This document shows, piece by piece, positions 1-9,322 of a stretch of DNA of 18,163 bases. Source of the stretch: Simkaniaceae bacterium. Its GTDB lineage: Bacteria > Chlamydiota > Chlamydiia > Chlamydiales > JAJFMI01. The stretch spans positions 1 to 18,163 of the forward strand of contig JBBDIZ010000023.1 in assembly GCA_040880145.1 (NCBI GenBank), written 5' to 3'. The position numbers were made by a program, and so were the translations under genes. Numbering within the stretch: position 1 is the stretch's first letter; each line of letters begins with the position of its first letter. The notes beneath the pieces were generated by a model. That model worked only from the letters and a program-made list of their open reading frames with translations, had not been told where the DNA came from and did no database searches.

Positions 1-13
1 AAGCTGTTCTCTA

Positions 14-55
14 TGAATTAGGAATCCCATCGGCTTTAGCCATGGGAGCAGTCAA
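14..55 (+). mobile_element. Right end of an IS200/IS605-family element whose body lies upstream of the window
   Basis: GAAT (22-25), hairpin CCCATCGGCT-TT-AGCCATGGG (26-46), then TCAA (52-55): the IS608-type right-end layout. 37/42 identical to the reverse complement of 9363-9404. Confidence 0.85.
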
Positions 56-372
56 CATGAGATCGAAACTTTTTCCGATTCTTCTTTTGTGGAATAACAA
101 CTACTTTCTCAGCAACGGACAGCAGCATCAATACTCGATCTTCAGCATCATACGCCTTGTCCGCTAAAAGCATATCCGATTGCATTTGAGGAATTAATAC
201 ATCTACCCCATCTAGGTCGTGTCCCTTGACCACCAGTTAATACAAACTTAGTAGGGTTCCCCAGCGCATCCACTAAAGCGTGAATTTTTGTAGACAATCC
301 TCCTCATTTCGGCTTATTGCTTGATCCCCCAGATTTTTTTTAGCTCCTGTGCTATGTTGATGAGCGCTGACA
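56..372 (-). pseudogene. IS5-family (IS427-like) transposase internal fragment, frameshifted and truncated at both ends
   Basis: Stitched frames give AHQHSTGAKKN..QAI / GGLSTKIHALVDALGNP..LTGGQ / HDLDG..LLADKAYDA..VVIPQKKNR, all typical IS5 DDE motifs. Cut at 55 by the IS605 right end. Confidence 0.85.
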
Positions 373-375
373 TCT

Positions 376-1306
376 GAAACAATTTCAAGTCTCAGTTTTC
401 GCGCAGCAGGGCCAAGAAAAGCGTAAAAATAAGAATTAGGGAGTTGCAAATCGCTTTAGATATTTATTCCATATTTCTGGATCTCGATCCTCTAAGAGTT
501 TGTCAATATACCTAAGCAGTTTTCTATCTTTTCCTTCGGTATAATGAATAATTTTTGGTCCGGAGATTGAGGATTCCCCGCTTATTCCACCACGATGTTT
601 TATATAACTTGTGCGGATTTGATCTAGATAAGTTTCTTGATTGGAAATGTAGTCATCCCAGGATACAGGGGTTGATGGATTGATAAAATCGATTAATTTA
701 GAGAGAGTATCATTTAAATCAGTTATGGCATCTTCATAATATACGTGAAAACGATTTTGAGGATCCCAATTTTTAAAGACACGATATTTTAAAAAAAAAT
801 TGTTTAAATAGCTTTCTATACGAGGTTCATGAAGATCTTCGGGACAAGAGATATCGAACCATCGAAAAAGAAGCTCTTTAGGATTTCGGATAAGGAGAAC
901 AAGCTTTTTATAACATGGGGGGGCATTTTGAATTATCGATACATTATGAGTTGTATACCAAAAAGGGTTATTCGAAATGAAGTCAATTTTGATTCGATTC
1001 GACTCTGTAGGTGCAACTCTACCGGGTCCGTAACCGATCGGTCTTCTCAAGATAGAAGCTAAAGAACAGGAAATAAGATTGGCACCTGATTTGGCGTTAG
1101 AAAGAAGAAAGATTTTACTCTCTTTTTTTCGAGCAGATCTTGGGGGAACAGCTGGTTTGTTTTGGCATACAAAATTTTGATAGCGATCTTCTAGTGGATC
1201 TTGTTTTAAAATGGGTTCTGAGGCATTTGCATGAAGCACCAAGAACAATAAAACAACAGATAGATATCTCATTTATTAGGCTCCTTGTAAGTAAATAAAA
1301 ACTTCT
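376..1306. repeat. Tandem duplication unit 1 (931 bp; partner 1360-2290, offset 984)
   Basis: Collinear similarity across the gene, the 34-bp leader with RBS and the 60-bp downstream region. 376-422 equals 1360-1406 exactly. Confidence 0.95.
436..1272 (-). CDS. Secreted sulfotransferase-domain protein, paralogue 1 (278 aa)
   Basis: Signal peptide ending HANA|SE; AKSGAN (5'-PSB-like loop), TTH, RNPKE (3'-PB-like), VYYED; AAGGAG RBS upstream. Confidence 0.75.
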   Translation of the reverse strand: MRYLSVVLLFLVLHANASEPILKQDPLEDRYQNFVCQNKPAVPPRSARKKESKIFLLSNAKSGANLISCSLASILRRPIGYGPGRVAPTESNRIKIDFISNNPFWYTTHNVSIIQNAPPCYKKLVLLIRNPKELLFRWFDISCPEDLHEPRIESYLNNFFLKYRVFKNWDPQNRFHVYYEDAITDLNDTLSKLIDFINPSTPVSWDDYISNQETYLDQIRTSYIKHRGGISGESSISGPKIIHYTEGKDRKLLRYIDKLLEDRDPEIWNKYLKRFATP

Positions 1307-1359
1307 ATGAAGGTGTACAGAAAAACCACTAGTTTTTCAACAATTTTTCTAACGCTTCC

Positions 1360-2290
1360 GAAACAATTTCAAGTCTCAGTTTTCGCGCAGCAGGGCCAAG
1401 AAAAGCATAAGAATAAAAATTAGGGAGTTTCAAATCGCTTTAAATATTTATTCCATATTGTAGGGTTTCGAGCCTTAATGAATTTATCAATAGACCTAAG
1501 CAGTTCTCTATCTTTCCCTTCAGTATAATGAATGGTTTTGGGTCTAGAGATTGAGGATTTTCCGCATATACCGCCATATTGAGAGACATAATTTGTGCGG
1601 ATTTGGTCTAGATAAGTTTCTTGATTGGAAAGGAAGTCATCCCAGGATACAGGGGTTGATGGATTGATAAAATCGATTAATTTAGAGAGAGTATCATTTA
1701 AATCAGTTATGGCATCTTCATAATATACATGAAAACGATTTTGGGAGTTCCAGTTTTCAAAGACAAGAAATTTTCCAATAAAGTTATTTAAGAAGGTTTT
1801 AATTTCAGGCTTACGAAGATCTTCGGAACAAGAGATATCGAACCATCGGAAGAGAAGTTCTTTAGGATTGCGTGTAAGCAAAATTAATTTCTCATATTTG
1901 GCAGGGGCTCTTTGAACAAGTTGATATCTATGAGTTTTGTAATAAAAGGGTTTTTCCGAGATAAAGTCAATTTTGATTCGATTTGAGTCTTTTTCTGAAA
2001 CTTTATCAGGTGCGCGACCGACCGGTCTTTTTAAGATAGAAGCTAAAGAAGAAGAGATAAGATTGGCACCTGACTTTGGATTAGAAAGAAGAAAGATTTT
2101 ACTCTCTTTTTTTCGAGCGAATCTTGAGGAAACACCTTTTTCCCTTTGGCATACAAAATTTTGAAAGCTTTCTTCTAGTGAATTTTGGTTTAAAATGGGT
2201 TCTGAGGCATTTGCATGAAACACCAAGAACAACAAAACAACAAGTAGATATTTCATTTAATAGGCTCCTTGTAAGTAAATAAAAACTTCT
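1360..2290. repeat. Tandem duplication unit 2 (931 bp)
   Basis: Collinear with 376-1306; separated from it by a 53-bp spacer (1307-1359). Confidence 0.95.
1420..2256 (-). CDS. Secreted sulfotransferase-domain protein, paralogue 2 (278 aa)
   Basis: Signal peptide; NPKSGANL, KTH, RNPKE and VYYED motifs of PAPS-dependent sulfotransferases; same length as paralogue 1. Confidence 0.78.
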   Translation of the reverse strand: MKYLLVVLLFLVFHANASEPILNQNSLEESFQNFVCQREKGVSSRFARKKESKIFLLSNPKSGANLISSSLASILKRPVGRAPDKVSEKDSNRIKIDFISEKPFYYKTHRYQLVQRAPAKYEKLILLTRNPKELLFRWFDISCSEDLRKPEIKTFLNNFIGKFLVFENWNSQNRFHVYYEDAITDLNDTLSKLIDFINPSTPVSWDDFLSNQETYLDQIRTNYVSQYGGICGKSSISRPKTIHYTEGKDRELLRSIDKFIKARNPTIWNKYLKRFETP

Positions 2291-2350
2291 CTGCTCAAAA
2301 ATCATCCATTTTCTCAAGCAAAGCGCGTTTCGAAAGAAGTCTAATTTCGT

Positions 2351-3508
2351 TTAAAAATCCAATCCGGCCTTTATAGTCAACCCTTCTAAAGAAAGGGTGC
2401 CGGTACTATCGGCTGCATTACCTACAACCACTTGAATGGGTGCACCCGGTGCAACAAGAGGAGCATGTCCTAGCCTGATAGAGCCTTGATCATAGTAAAG
2501 GGAGTAATCGTAAGTAACTAGAAGTTTGAAGAAGCACTTGTCTTTAAAAACAAGGTGTCCCCATCCCAGCCCCAAAGAAAGATCGAACATAGGCTTGATC
2601 AATTCAGTAGTCATTTTGTTGGAATAAGAGATATTTCCAGGGACGTCAAACACTTCTAAAGAGGGATTAATTTGTTTGACTGCCACATGGTCTTCGACAT
2701 GCAGTAAACTGGCGCCAAAGTTGCCTACAACCTCAAATCCCCAATAAAGCCTCCAAGTGCTATTTACTCCTAACCGCGGCCCTATTCCCCAAGAACTAGA
2801 CCGATTAAAAGAATCCAAGGGAGTTTCCGTTGTAATAGAGACATACTTAAGGTTATACTCTTGCTTCAACCAAAAGGTTCTTAACCCAAAAGAGGGTCTA
2901 AGAATAAGCTGTTGTCCGCAAAAGAAATTCCTTCCTATTTCAACATCTAAAATATCTAAATGAGTTATCCATGAAGAATCCACGCTTTTAAATTCTTCTT
3001 GGAGGAGAAGAGGATTAATAAATGTCAGCCATGTGGCATGCAGATGCTGGCTATTGAGATCAACTTGCTTAAAGTCATGAGTTGTTTGATGAAAGCGGGT
3101 ATATTCAGCGTAAAGATCCCAGTGGTCTCTCTTGAACTTGTAGCCGAGGCCTACCTTGAAACCCGGCTTATATTTAAAGTTGGGATTGAGGGTTTCTCCA
3201 ATAAAAATTTGATTTAGGATGGAATTGGGATCTGGTGAAAAGGAAGTATCCAAAAAAGCAGACGTGAGATAATCACCTGAGGCTTTCCAATAGAGAAAAG
3301 ATCCCGTTACATATAGATTTGCACAAGCATTTGGATTATAAAGAGCAGGCGCGTTATATCCACAAACCGTGGGCGGACACTGAAGCGTTGTATCGCAGCA
3401 AATAGGATTTGTATCTTCAGTTAGAGCATAATCTTCTTCAGCGTGTAGAGCAGTCGCTATCATCAAAAAAAGGAAGATTATTTTTTCATAACAATGAGAA
3501 CTTCTCAT
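2351..3508 (-). CDS. Lpg1974-family / MOMP-like outer-membrane beta-barrel protein
   Basis: Signal peptide (ALHA|EE), FLYWKA, KPGFKVGLG, WGIGPRLG, terminal GLDF with C-terminal Phe. ATG 3508 chosen over 3520 because GGAG lies 6 nt upstream. Confidence 0.82.
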   Translation of the reverse strand: MRSSHCYEKIIFLFLMIATALHAEEDYALTEDTNPICCDTTLQCPPTVCGYNAPALYNPNACANLYVTGSFLYWKASGDYLTSAFLDTSFSPDPNSILNQIFIGETLNPNFKYKPGFKVGLGYKFKRDHWDLYAEYTRFHQTTHDFKQVDLNSQHLHATWLTFINPLLLQEEFKSVDSSWITHLDILDVEIGRNFFCGQQLILRPSFGLRTFWLKQEYNLKYVSITTETPLDSFNRSSSWGIGPRLGVNSTWRLYWGFEVVGNFGASLLHVEDHVAVKQINPSLEVFDVPGNISYSNKMTTELIKPMFDLSLGLGWGHLVFKDKCFFKLLVTYDYSLYYDQGSIRLGHAPLVAPGAPIQVVVGNAADSTGTLSLEGLTIKAGLDF

Positions 3509-3676
3509 AAAAAACTCCATTTAATACATGATTTTAAAGATAATTTTTTTAAAGATATGAGTCAACTGACATATTCCCGCCTTTGTCGTAAAATCCGTAT
3601 TTGTGTAAATAGGAAGGATATTGCATATGCCCGTACGAAGCGTCCGGTAGGTGTTGAAAATTAATGGTGGCTTTTT

Positions 3677-5773
3677 TTGGGAAACAAAATTATCGATAAG
3701 TCTAAGACTTTCATATGTCCCATGCATCCTGAAATTCAGAAAAATGCGCCTGGACAATGCCCCATCTGTGGTATGGATTTGCAGTCGCAAGAGCATGCTG
3801 AAGAAAAAAATCCAGAATACCTGGATATGCTGAGACGATTCTGGGTAGGGTTAATTTTTGCAATTCCTGTGTTTTTTCTTGCTATGTTGGGATCCTACTT
3901 GAAAGCATGGATAAACCCTGCATTTTCCCGATGGTTGCAATTTGCTTTAAGCGTTCCTGTGGTTTTTTGGGCAGGATGGCCATTTTTTAAAAGAGCAGGG
4001 TTATCAGTAAAAAATCTGAGATTGAATATGTTCTCTTTAGTCGCTCTTGGAGTTTCAACAGCTTTTTTCTACAGCACATTTGCTTTGTTATTTCCCGAAG
4101 TATTTCCAAAAGCGTTTCAACATGAAGGGGCTGTCGGGATTTATTTTGAGGCGGCGGCGATCATCACTGTTTTAGTTCTTTTGGGGCAAGTCTTAGAGAT
4201 CAAAGCCCGCTCAAAAACAAATTCGGCTATTAAGCTGTTACTGGAAGGAGCTCCCAAAACGGCTTGGATTATAAAGAATGAGGAGGAAAAGGAAATTTCT
4301 GTAGAGCAAGTGCAGGTAGGAGATATTTTAAAAGTGCGCCCTGGAGAAAAGGTTCCTGTGGACGGAAAAATTAAGGAGGGTCGTAGTTTGCTTGATGAAT
4401 CGATGATGACTGGGGAGCCTATCTCTGTTGAGAAAGGAGAAAATGATCCGGTAACCGGAGGAACTCTCAACCAAACCGGAAGCTTTTTAATGGTTGCCGA
4501 AAAAATTGGTAGTGAAACGTTGCTTGCGCGTATTGTTGAAATGGTGGGTGAAGCGCAAAGAAGCCGGGCTCCCATCCAGGGATTGGTAGATAAGGTTTCA
4601 AGTTATTTTGTTCCTGCAGTGGTGGGGATTGCGATATTTTCTTTTTTGGGATGGTTTTTTTGGGGTCCAGAACCCTCCATTACCTATGCGATCATTAATG
4701 CGGTGTCCGTTCTTATTATTGCATGTCCATGTGCGCTTGGGCTGGCCACTCCGATGTCGATTATGGTAGGAATGGGAAAAGGAGCTGAAGCCGGTGTTCT
4801 CATTAAAAATGCAGAAGCACTGGAAAAGCTAGAAGATGTGCGCATGGTTGCTGTCGACAAAACAGGAACTTTAACAGAGGGAAAACCGAAGTTGAATCAA
4901 ATTATTTCCACTGGTCAATGGAAAGAGGAAGATCTTCTTCGTTTTACTGCAGCTTTAGAGCAAAATAGTGAACATCCGCTTGCAAAAGCGATTATTCAAG
5001 ATGCAAAGGAAAAGAATCTTTCGCTTCCAAAAGTGGAGGACTTTCAATCCGTAACAGGGCAAGGCATAAAGGGTATTGTCGAAAATCGGGAAATTTTTGT
5101 TGGAAAAGCATTCGATGAGAAAAGTTTATCTGCAAAAGCAGAAGAATTTCGAAATCAGGGTCAGACAGTTATTTTCATTACAATCGATCAACAAGTTTCA
5201 GGCTTGATAACGATAAGTGATCCGGTTAAAGCCTCAACCCCTTCTGCAATTGAGGAGCTGCATCGCCGTGGTTTGAAGATTATAATGCTGTCTGGAGATA
5301 ATCCACAAACCGCCCGTACTGTTGCAAAAGCTTTGCATATAGATGAATTTCATGGGGAAGTTGCACCCGATCAAAAACAAAGTTTTATAAAGGAATTGAA
5401 AGGCAAAAATGTACTTGTTGCAATGGCAGGAGATGGAATTAACGACGCTCCCGCACTTGCTGAAGCCGATGTGGGAATCGCTATGGGGTCTGGTACGGAT
5501 GTTGCAATGGAAAGCGCTGAAGTCACTTTAGTCAAAGGGGATCTTAAGGGGATCGTCCGCGCCATTAACCTCAGTCGCGGCACCATGAAAAATATTCGCC
5601 AAAATCTATTTTTTGCATTCGTTTACAATGCAGCCGGAGTTCCCATTGCAGCGGGTATTCTTTTTCCTTTTACGGGATGGTTGTTAAACCCCATTATTGC
5701 CGCTTTAGCAATGAGCTTAAGCTCGGTTTCGGTTATTCTTAATGCTTTGAGATTAAGAAAATTAAAACTATGA
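3677..5773 (+). CDS. copA: Copper-translocating P1B-1 P-type ATPase
   Basis: N-terminal CPMHP..CPICGM metal-binding motif, TGE, CPC, DKTGT, SEHP, GDGIND, YN and MSLSS Cu(I) signatures. TTG start is uncertain. Confidence 0.93.
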   Translation: MGNKIIDKSKTFICPMHPEIQKNAPGQCPICGMDLQSQEHAEEKNPEYLDMLRRFWVGLIFAIPVFFLAMLGSYLKAWINPAFSRWLQFALSVPVVFWAGWPFFKRAGLSVKNLRLNMFSLVALGVSTAFFYSTFALLFPEVFPKAFQHEGAVGIYFEAAAIITVLVLLGQVLEIKARSKTNSAIKLLLEGAPKTAWIIKNEEEKEISVEQVQVGDILKVRPGEKVPVDGKIKEGRSLLDESMMTGEPISVEKGENDPVTGGTLNQTGSFLMVAEKIGSETLLARIVEMVGEAQRSRAPIQGLVDKVSSYFVPAVVGIAIFSFLGWFFWGPEPSITYAIINAVSVLIIACPCALGLATPMSIMVGMGKGAEAGVLIKNAEALEKLEDVRMVAVDKTGTLTEGKPKLNQIISTGQWKEEDLLRFTAALEQNSEHPLAKAIIQDAKEKNLSLPKVEDFQSVTGQGIKGIVENREIFVGKAFDEKSLSAKAEEFRNQGQTVIFITIDQQVSGLITISDPVKASTPSAIEELHRRGLKIIMLSGDNPQTARTVAKALHIDEFHGEVAPDQKQSFIKELKGKNVLVAMAGDGINDAPALAEADVGIAMGSGTDVAMESAEVTLVKGDLKGIVRAINLSRGTMKNIRQNLFFAFVYNAAGVPIAAGILFPFTGWLLNPIIAALAMSLSSVSVILNALRLRKLKL

Positions 5774-5840
5774 GACTATACCAAAATTTAAATAGAAATT
5801 TTACAAGAAAAAAAATATAAGAAAAAAAAGGAGGTTTTTT

Positions 5841-6011
5841 ATGCTTTATTGGGCGTTAGTATTTTTTATCATAGCAATCATTGCGAGTGTATTTGGGTTT
5901 ACAGGCATTGCAGCAGGAGCTCAAACGATAGCTGTTTGGTGCTTTTGGATTTTTGTAGTTATTTTCTTAATCACCCTTATTGCGGGGCTCGTAGGGAGAA
6001 GAAAACCCTGA
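5841..6011 (+). CDS. DUF1328 (UPF0391/YtjA-like) small membrane protein, 56 aa; absent from the ORF track
   Basis: MLYWALVFFIIAIIASVFGFTGIAAGAQTIAVWCFWIFVVIFLITLIAGLVGRRKP; strong AAGGAGG RBS at 5828-5834. Confidence 0.92.
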   Translation: MLYWALVFFIIAIIASVFGFTGIAAGAQTIAVWCFWIFVVIFLITLIAGLVGRRKP

Positions 6012-6078
6012 ACAATTCATAGAAATGACGGGGAGGAAACCAAGCAATTACTTTTTTGCATGTTGGTGGTCCATGGAA

Positions 6079-7449
6079 TCAGATTGATCTATAGGCGTGA
6101 AGCGCTTCTTTTGCTGTTTTTTTGTGATTGGTCATTGGAGCTGGATATTTTTTGCATCCAGCCCGGTATTTTTCTTCGTACCACGCATGAATGGCTTTAG
6201 GCGGGAAGTCCCGAAGTTCGGGAATCCATTTTTTAATATAAGTACATTCAGGATCGAATTTTTTCTGCTGGTTCCAAGGATTGAAAATGCGAAAATAGGG
6301 TTGGGCATTGCTTCCACAGCTCGCTATCCATTGCCAATTTCCATTATTCACAGCAGGATCGTAATCGACCAAGGTTCTAGCAAAATATTTTTCGCCCCAT
6401 CTCCAGTCGATATGTAAATCTTTGACGAGAAATGAGGCTGCAATCATTCGAACGCGATTATGCATAAAGCCTGTTTCGTTCATCTCTCTTATTCCTGCAT
6501 CTACAATTGGAACACCGGTAGAGCCTTCACACCATAGTTGGTAAGCTTTTTTGTTATGAGACCATTTGAGCTTATCAAATTTAAAGTGGAAAGCACCTTT
6601 AAAGACGTGAGGAAAGAAAAATGCAATCGATGTAAAAAAATCTCTCCAGTAAAGAGAGCGGATTAGCTCGTGGTGCGGACTTAAATTGCGGCAGATGGCC
6701 GCATAAACTTCGCGAGGAGAGCAGACGGTGAATTTCAGATAAGGGGAAAGATGTGTCGAATATTCTTCTGCTGGAAAGTCCCTTAGTTTTGCATATTTAC
6801 CAAAAGAATCTAATTTTTTGAGAATTTTGAGAGCTTCTGATCTTCCTCCGATTAACTTATTTTCTACAGTTGGCTTGGGAAAGGACGCCTTATTTTCTAT
6901 AAAAGAGATCGATCCGCGGAAGTAGTTGGTTCCTTTGGTTTGTGCGGGAGGCAATACTTTCTGTTTTGAAGCATTGCGAAAATAAGGTGTAAAAATCGTG
7001 TAAGGCTTGCCATCTTTTTTCAGGGTCTCTTCAGGTGGATGAAGGAGAGCATCATCGAAAGAATAAAATGGAATAAGGCCTGTTTTACAGACTTTTTGGA
7101 GCTTATTATCTCTTTGAAGGCTATAGGGAGTATAGTCCCGATTTACAATCAAAGCCTTGATATCGAGTTCGCGGATACATTTGCTTACAACTTCTTCGGG
7201 CTTTCCCTTAAAAAGAAAGAGCTTCCCCCCTTTTTTCTTCAGTTGATTTTCAAGATCTTTGAGAGATTCAATCATAAATTTTAGGCAATGATCGCTTCTA
7301 AAAGGATTTTTTTCGATTTGTTCTGGTGTGAAAATAAAGGCAGGAATGACAAGTTCCGAAGACTTTAACGCAAAAATGAGCCCTGTATTATCCTCAAGTC
7401 GCAAATCTCGTCTGAACAAAAAGAGGGATTTTTGAAACTTTTTCTTCAT
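6079..7449 (-). CDS. phrB: Deoxyribodipyrimidine photolyase (cryptochrome/photolyase family)
   Basis: FRRDLRLEDN, LSPYL, LYWRDFF, GFMHNRVRM, DWRWGE, DYDPAVNNGNWQW, FRIFNP. Confidence 0.93.
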   Translation of the reverse strand: MKKKFQKSLFLFRRDLRLEDNTGLIFALKSSELVIPAFIFTPEQIEKNPFRSDHCLKFMIESLKDLENQLKKKGGKLFLFKGKPEEVVSKCIRELDIKALIVNRDYTPYSLQRDNKLQKVCKTGLIPFYSFDDALLHPPEETLKKDGKPYTIFTPYFRNASKQKVLPPAQTKGTNYFRGSISFIENKASFPKPTVENKLIGGRSEALKILKKLDSFGKYAKLRDFPAEEYSTHLSPYLKFTVCSPREVYAAICRNLSPHHELIRSLYWRDFFTSIAFFFPHVFKGAFHFKFDKLKWSHNKKAYQLWCEGSTGVPIVDAGIREMNETGFMHNRVRMIAASFLVKDLHIDWRWGEKYFARTLVDYDPAVNNGNWQWIASCGSNAQPYFRIFNPWNQQKKFDPECTYIKKWIPELRDFPPKAIHAWYEEKYRAGCKKYPAPMTNHKKTAKEALHAYRSI

Positions 7450-7452
7450 TTT

Positions 7453-8886
7453 TTATCCTTTGGCGATCTGTTTTGACAACCTACTGAAAATAAGAGCATG
7501 AAATGGGTAGAGACTATACCAATAAAATCTACCCCACACTCCACTTGGGCGAAAGGTGGCTGTTTGTTTCAAATCTCCTCCTGTTTTACGGGGGATGAGC
7601 TCAAATTCAAGCCAAGCCTCACCCGGTAATTTCATTTCAGCGTAAAGGAGTAAGCGTCGATTTTTGTCATCCGCTAATAAAACACGCCAGAAATCAAGAG
7701 CATCTCCTGCTTTAAGCTGTGTTGGATGAGTTCTGCCTCGGCAAAGCCCAATCCCTCCTACTAATTTATCTAGGAAACCTCTAGTTTTCCAAGCCCAATC
7801 CATTGTAAACCAACCTTTTTTTCCTCCTAAAGACCAAACTCGTTTTTGCACCTCTTCTACAGGACAGGAAAAGGAAATGGTGCGTCGATCGCTCAAGATA
7901 CCGAATCGAGGAACGTGGACGTAAATGGAAAGATCTGGATTTAAAGTGGAACCGCTTAAAGTATCTTTCCAGCTTGAAGGCACCCAGTCTTCTTCGATAC
8001 GCGAGAAAGCGAGTTTAACAGCCTCTTCGTAGTTAAGAAGTTTTCTTGGAAACAGCTTTGTGATTCGATTTTCCTTGCATACGACATTATTCATTAGGCT
8101 TTCCACAAGGAATCGGGCTAATGAAAAGCTCGTGCTAGTTACAAAAAATAGCCAATAAGAAGAAAGGCGTGGCGTGAGGACCGGAACAGTGTAGATTTTT
8201 CTCTTCAACCCTCTGACTTGTGCGAACTTCAGCAAAATCTCTTTGTAACTCATGACGTCAGGTCCGCCTATTTCAAAAGATTGGTTAAAACAGGCCGGAT
8301 TGCCAAGGATCAGAGTTAAATAAGTTAAAACATCCCTTACAGCGATGGGTTGAGTTAAATGATTAAGCCATTTGGGAGCAATCATAACGGGCAGCTTTTC
8401 AACCAAATCTCGGATGATTTCAAAGGAAGCACTCCCTGAGCCGATGATGATCCCAGCCATTAAGATAGTTACAGGAATTTTTCCCATTTTGAGGATTTCT
8501 CCCACCTTTTTTCTTGAGGTTAAATGACGTGAAAGGTGAGCTTCGTTTGAGAGACCACTCAAGTAGATGATTTGTTTTGCTTGCGTATTTTCCAACCGAC
8601 TCACAAAATTTTTTGCTGAAGCCTCTTCCAATTCGGAAAATTTTTGCGAATAACTCATTGAATGAACTAGATAGTAAGCTAAGTCGATGTCTGCTGGGAT
8701 TTTCAACAAAGAAGAAGGATTAAGAAGGTCAGCTTCAATGACATGAAGTTGGGATTGAAATTTCTTAGGAGTTTCAATTCGGTTATGGCTTCTTACTAGA
8801 GCATAGACCTCATGCCCCATTTCTACTAAACGGGAAAGGAGACGATTTCCAATATATCCATTAGCTCCAGTAAGTAAGATTTTCAT
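7453..8886 (-). CDS. YbjT-like atypical SDR / NAD(P)-binding protein with C-terminal DUF2867
   Basis: TGANGYIG Rossmann motif, YYLVHSM, IIGSGSASFE, LDFWRV..LYAEMKLPGEAWLEF. 3-nt gap to the photolyase suggests an operon. Confidence 0.9.
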   Translation of the reverse strand: MKILLTGANGYIGNRLLSRLVEMGHEVYALVRSHNRIETPKKFQSQLHVIEADLLNPSSLLKIPADIDLAYYLVHSMSYSQKFSELEEASAKNFVSRLENTQAKQIIYLSGLSNEAHLSRHLTSRKKVGEILKMGKIPVTILMAGIIIGSGSASFEIIRDLVEKLPVMIAPKWLNHLTQPIAVRDVLTYLTLILGNPACFNQSFEIGGPDVMSYKEILLKFAQVRGLKRKIYTVPVLTPRLSSYWLFFVTSTSFSLARFLVESLMNNVVCKENRITKLFPRKLLNYEEAVKLAFSRIEEDWVPSSWKDTLSGSTLNPDLSIYVHVPRFGILSDRRTISFSCPVEEVQKRVWSLGGKKGWFTMDWAWKTRGFLDKLVGGIGLCRGRTHPTQLKAGDALDFWRVLLADDKNRRLLLYAEMKLPGEAWLEFELIPRKTGGDLKQTATFRPSGVWGRFYWYSLYPFHALIFSRLSKQIAKG

Positions 8887-8986
8887 AGACCTCTCTTTAA
8901 AGTATCATAAAAATCACTAAAGAGCATAGAATAAATTTTATTTTTCAGGATAGGTACATTCCACTTTTCTATAGAGAAGAAAAAGG

Positions 8987-9238
8987 CTATTGAATCAATT
9001 TGAATCTTGGCTGCGATTGTCCATTAATCACAATATTTTCTAGAAACATAGTCAGAGGGCGCACCCAGATACCGCCTTCTCCATATAGGGCTTGGTAAAC
9101 GGCTAACTCTTCCAGCGTTTCGCTATGACGAGCTACTCCAATGATCTTGTAACGAAAACCTTTGTAATGCTCATAAAGACTGCCAACTACGATTGATTGG
9201 GCAGCAGCAGAAAAAGAAGGTAAAGTTTTTTTATTCAT
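8987..9238 (-). CDS. DUF1653 domain protein
   Basis: YEHYKG.Y..IGVARHSET.E..VYQALYG..IWVRP..MF..RF pattern; GAGG RBS before ATG 9238. Confidence 0.9.
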   Translation of the reverse strand: MNKKTLPSFSAAAQSIVVGSLYEHYKGFRYKIIGVARHSETLEELAVYQALYGEGGIWVRPLTMFLENIVINGQSQPRFKLIQ

Positions 9239-9322
9239 AATAACCTCTAAATTTTTTGAGAGAACCAAAAGAGACCATTATAGACAATTTTTTTTAAAGG
9301 AGAATATTTTTCTCTTAAATTC

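Noticed and set aside
376..2290. Integron cassette array with attC sites
   Set aside because: No complementary RYYYAAC/GTTRRRY pair or long imperfect palindrome, and no integrase; a plain tandem duplication explains it.
3521..3833. 91-aa and 60-aa ORFs upstream of or overlapping copA (possible copper regulator)
   Set aside because: No CueR, CsoR or CopY features; they overlap copA in other frames.
4141..7284. Short antisense or alternate-frame ORFs inside copA and the photolyase (likewise those inside the sulfotransferase, porin, methyltransferase, DUF1207 and LOG genes)
   Set aside because: Shadow ORFs of well-supported genes with no independent evidence.
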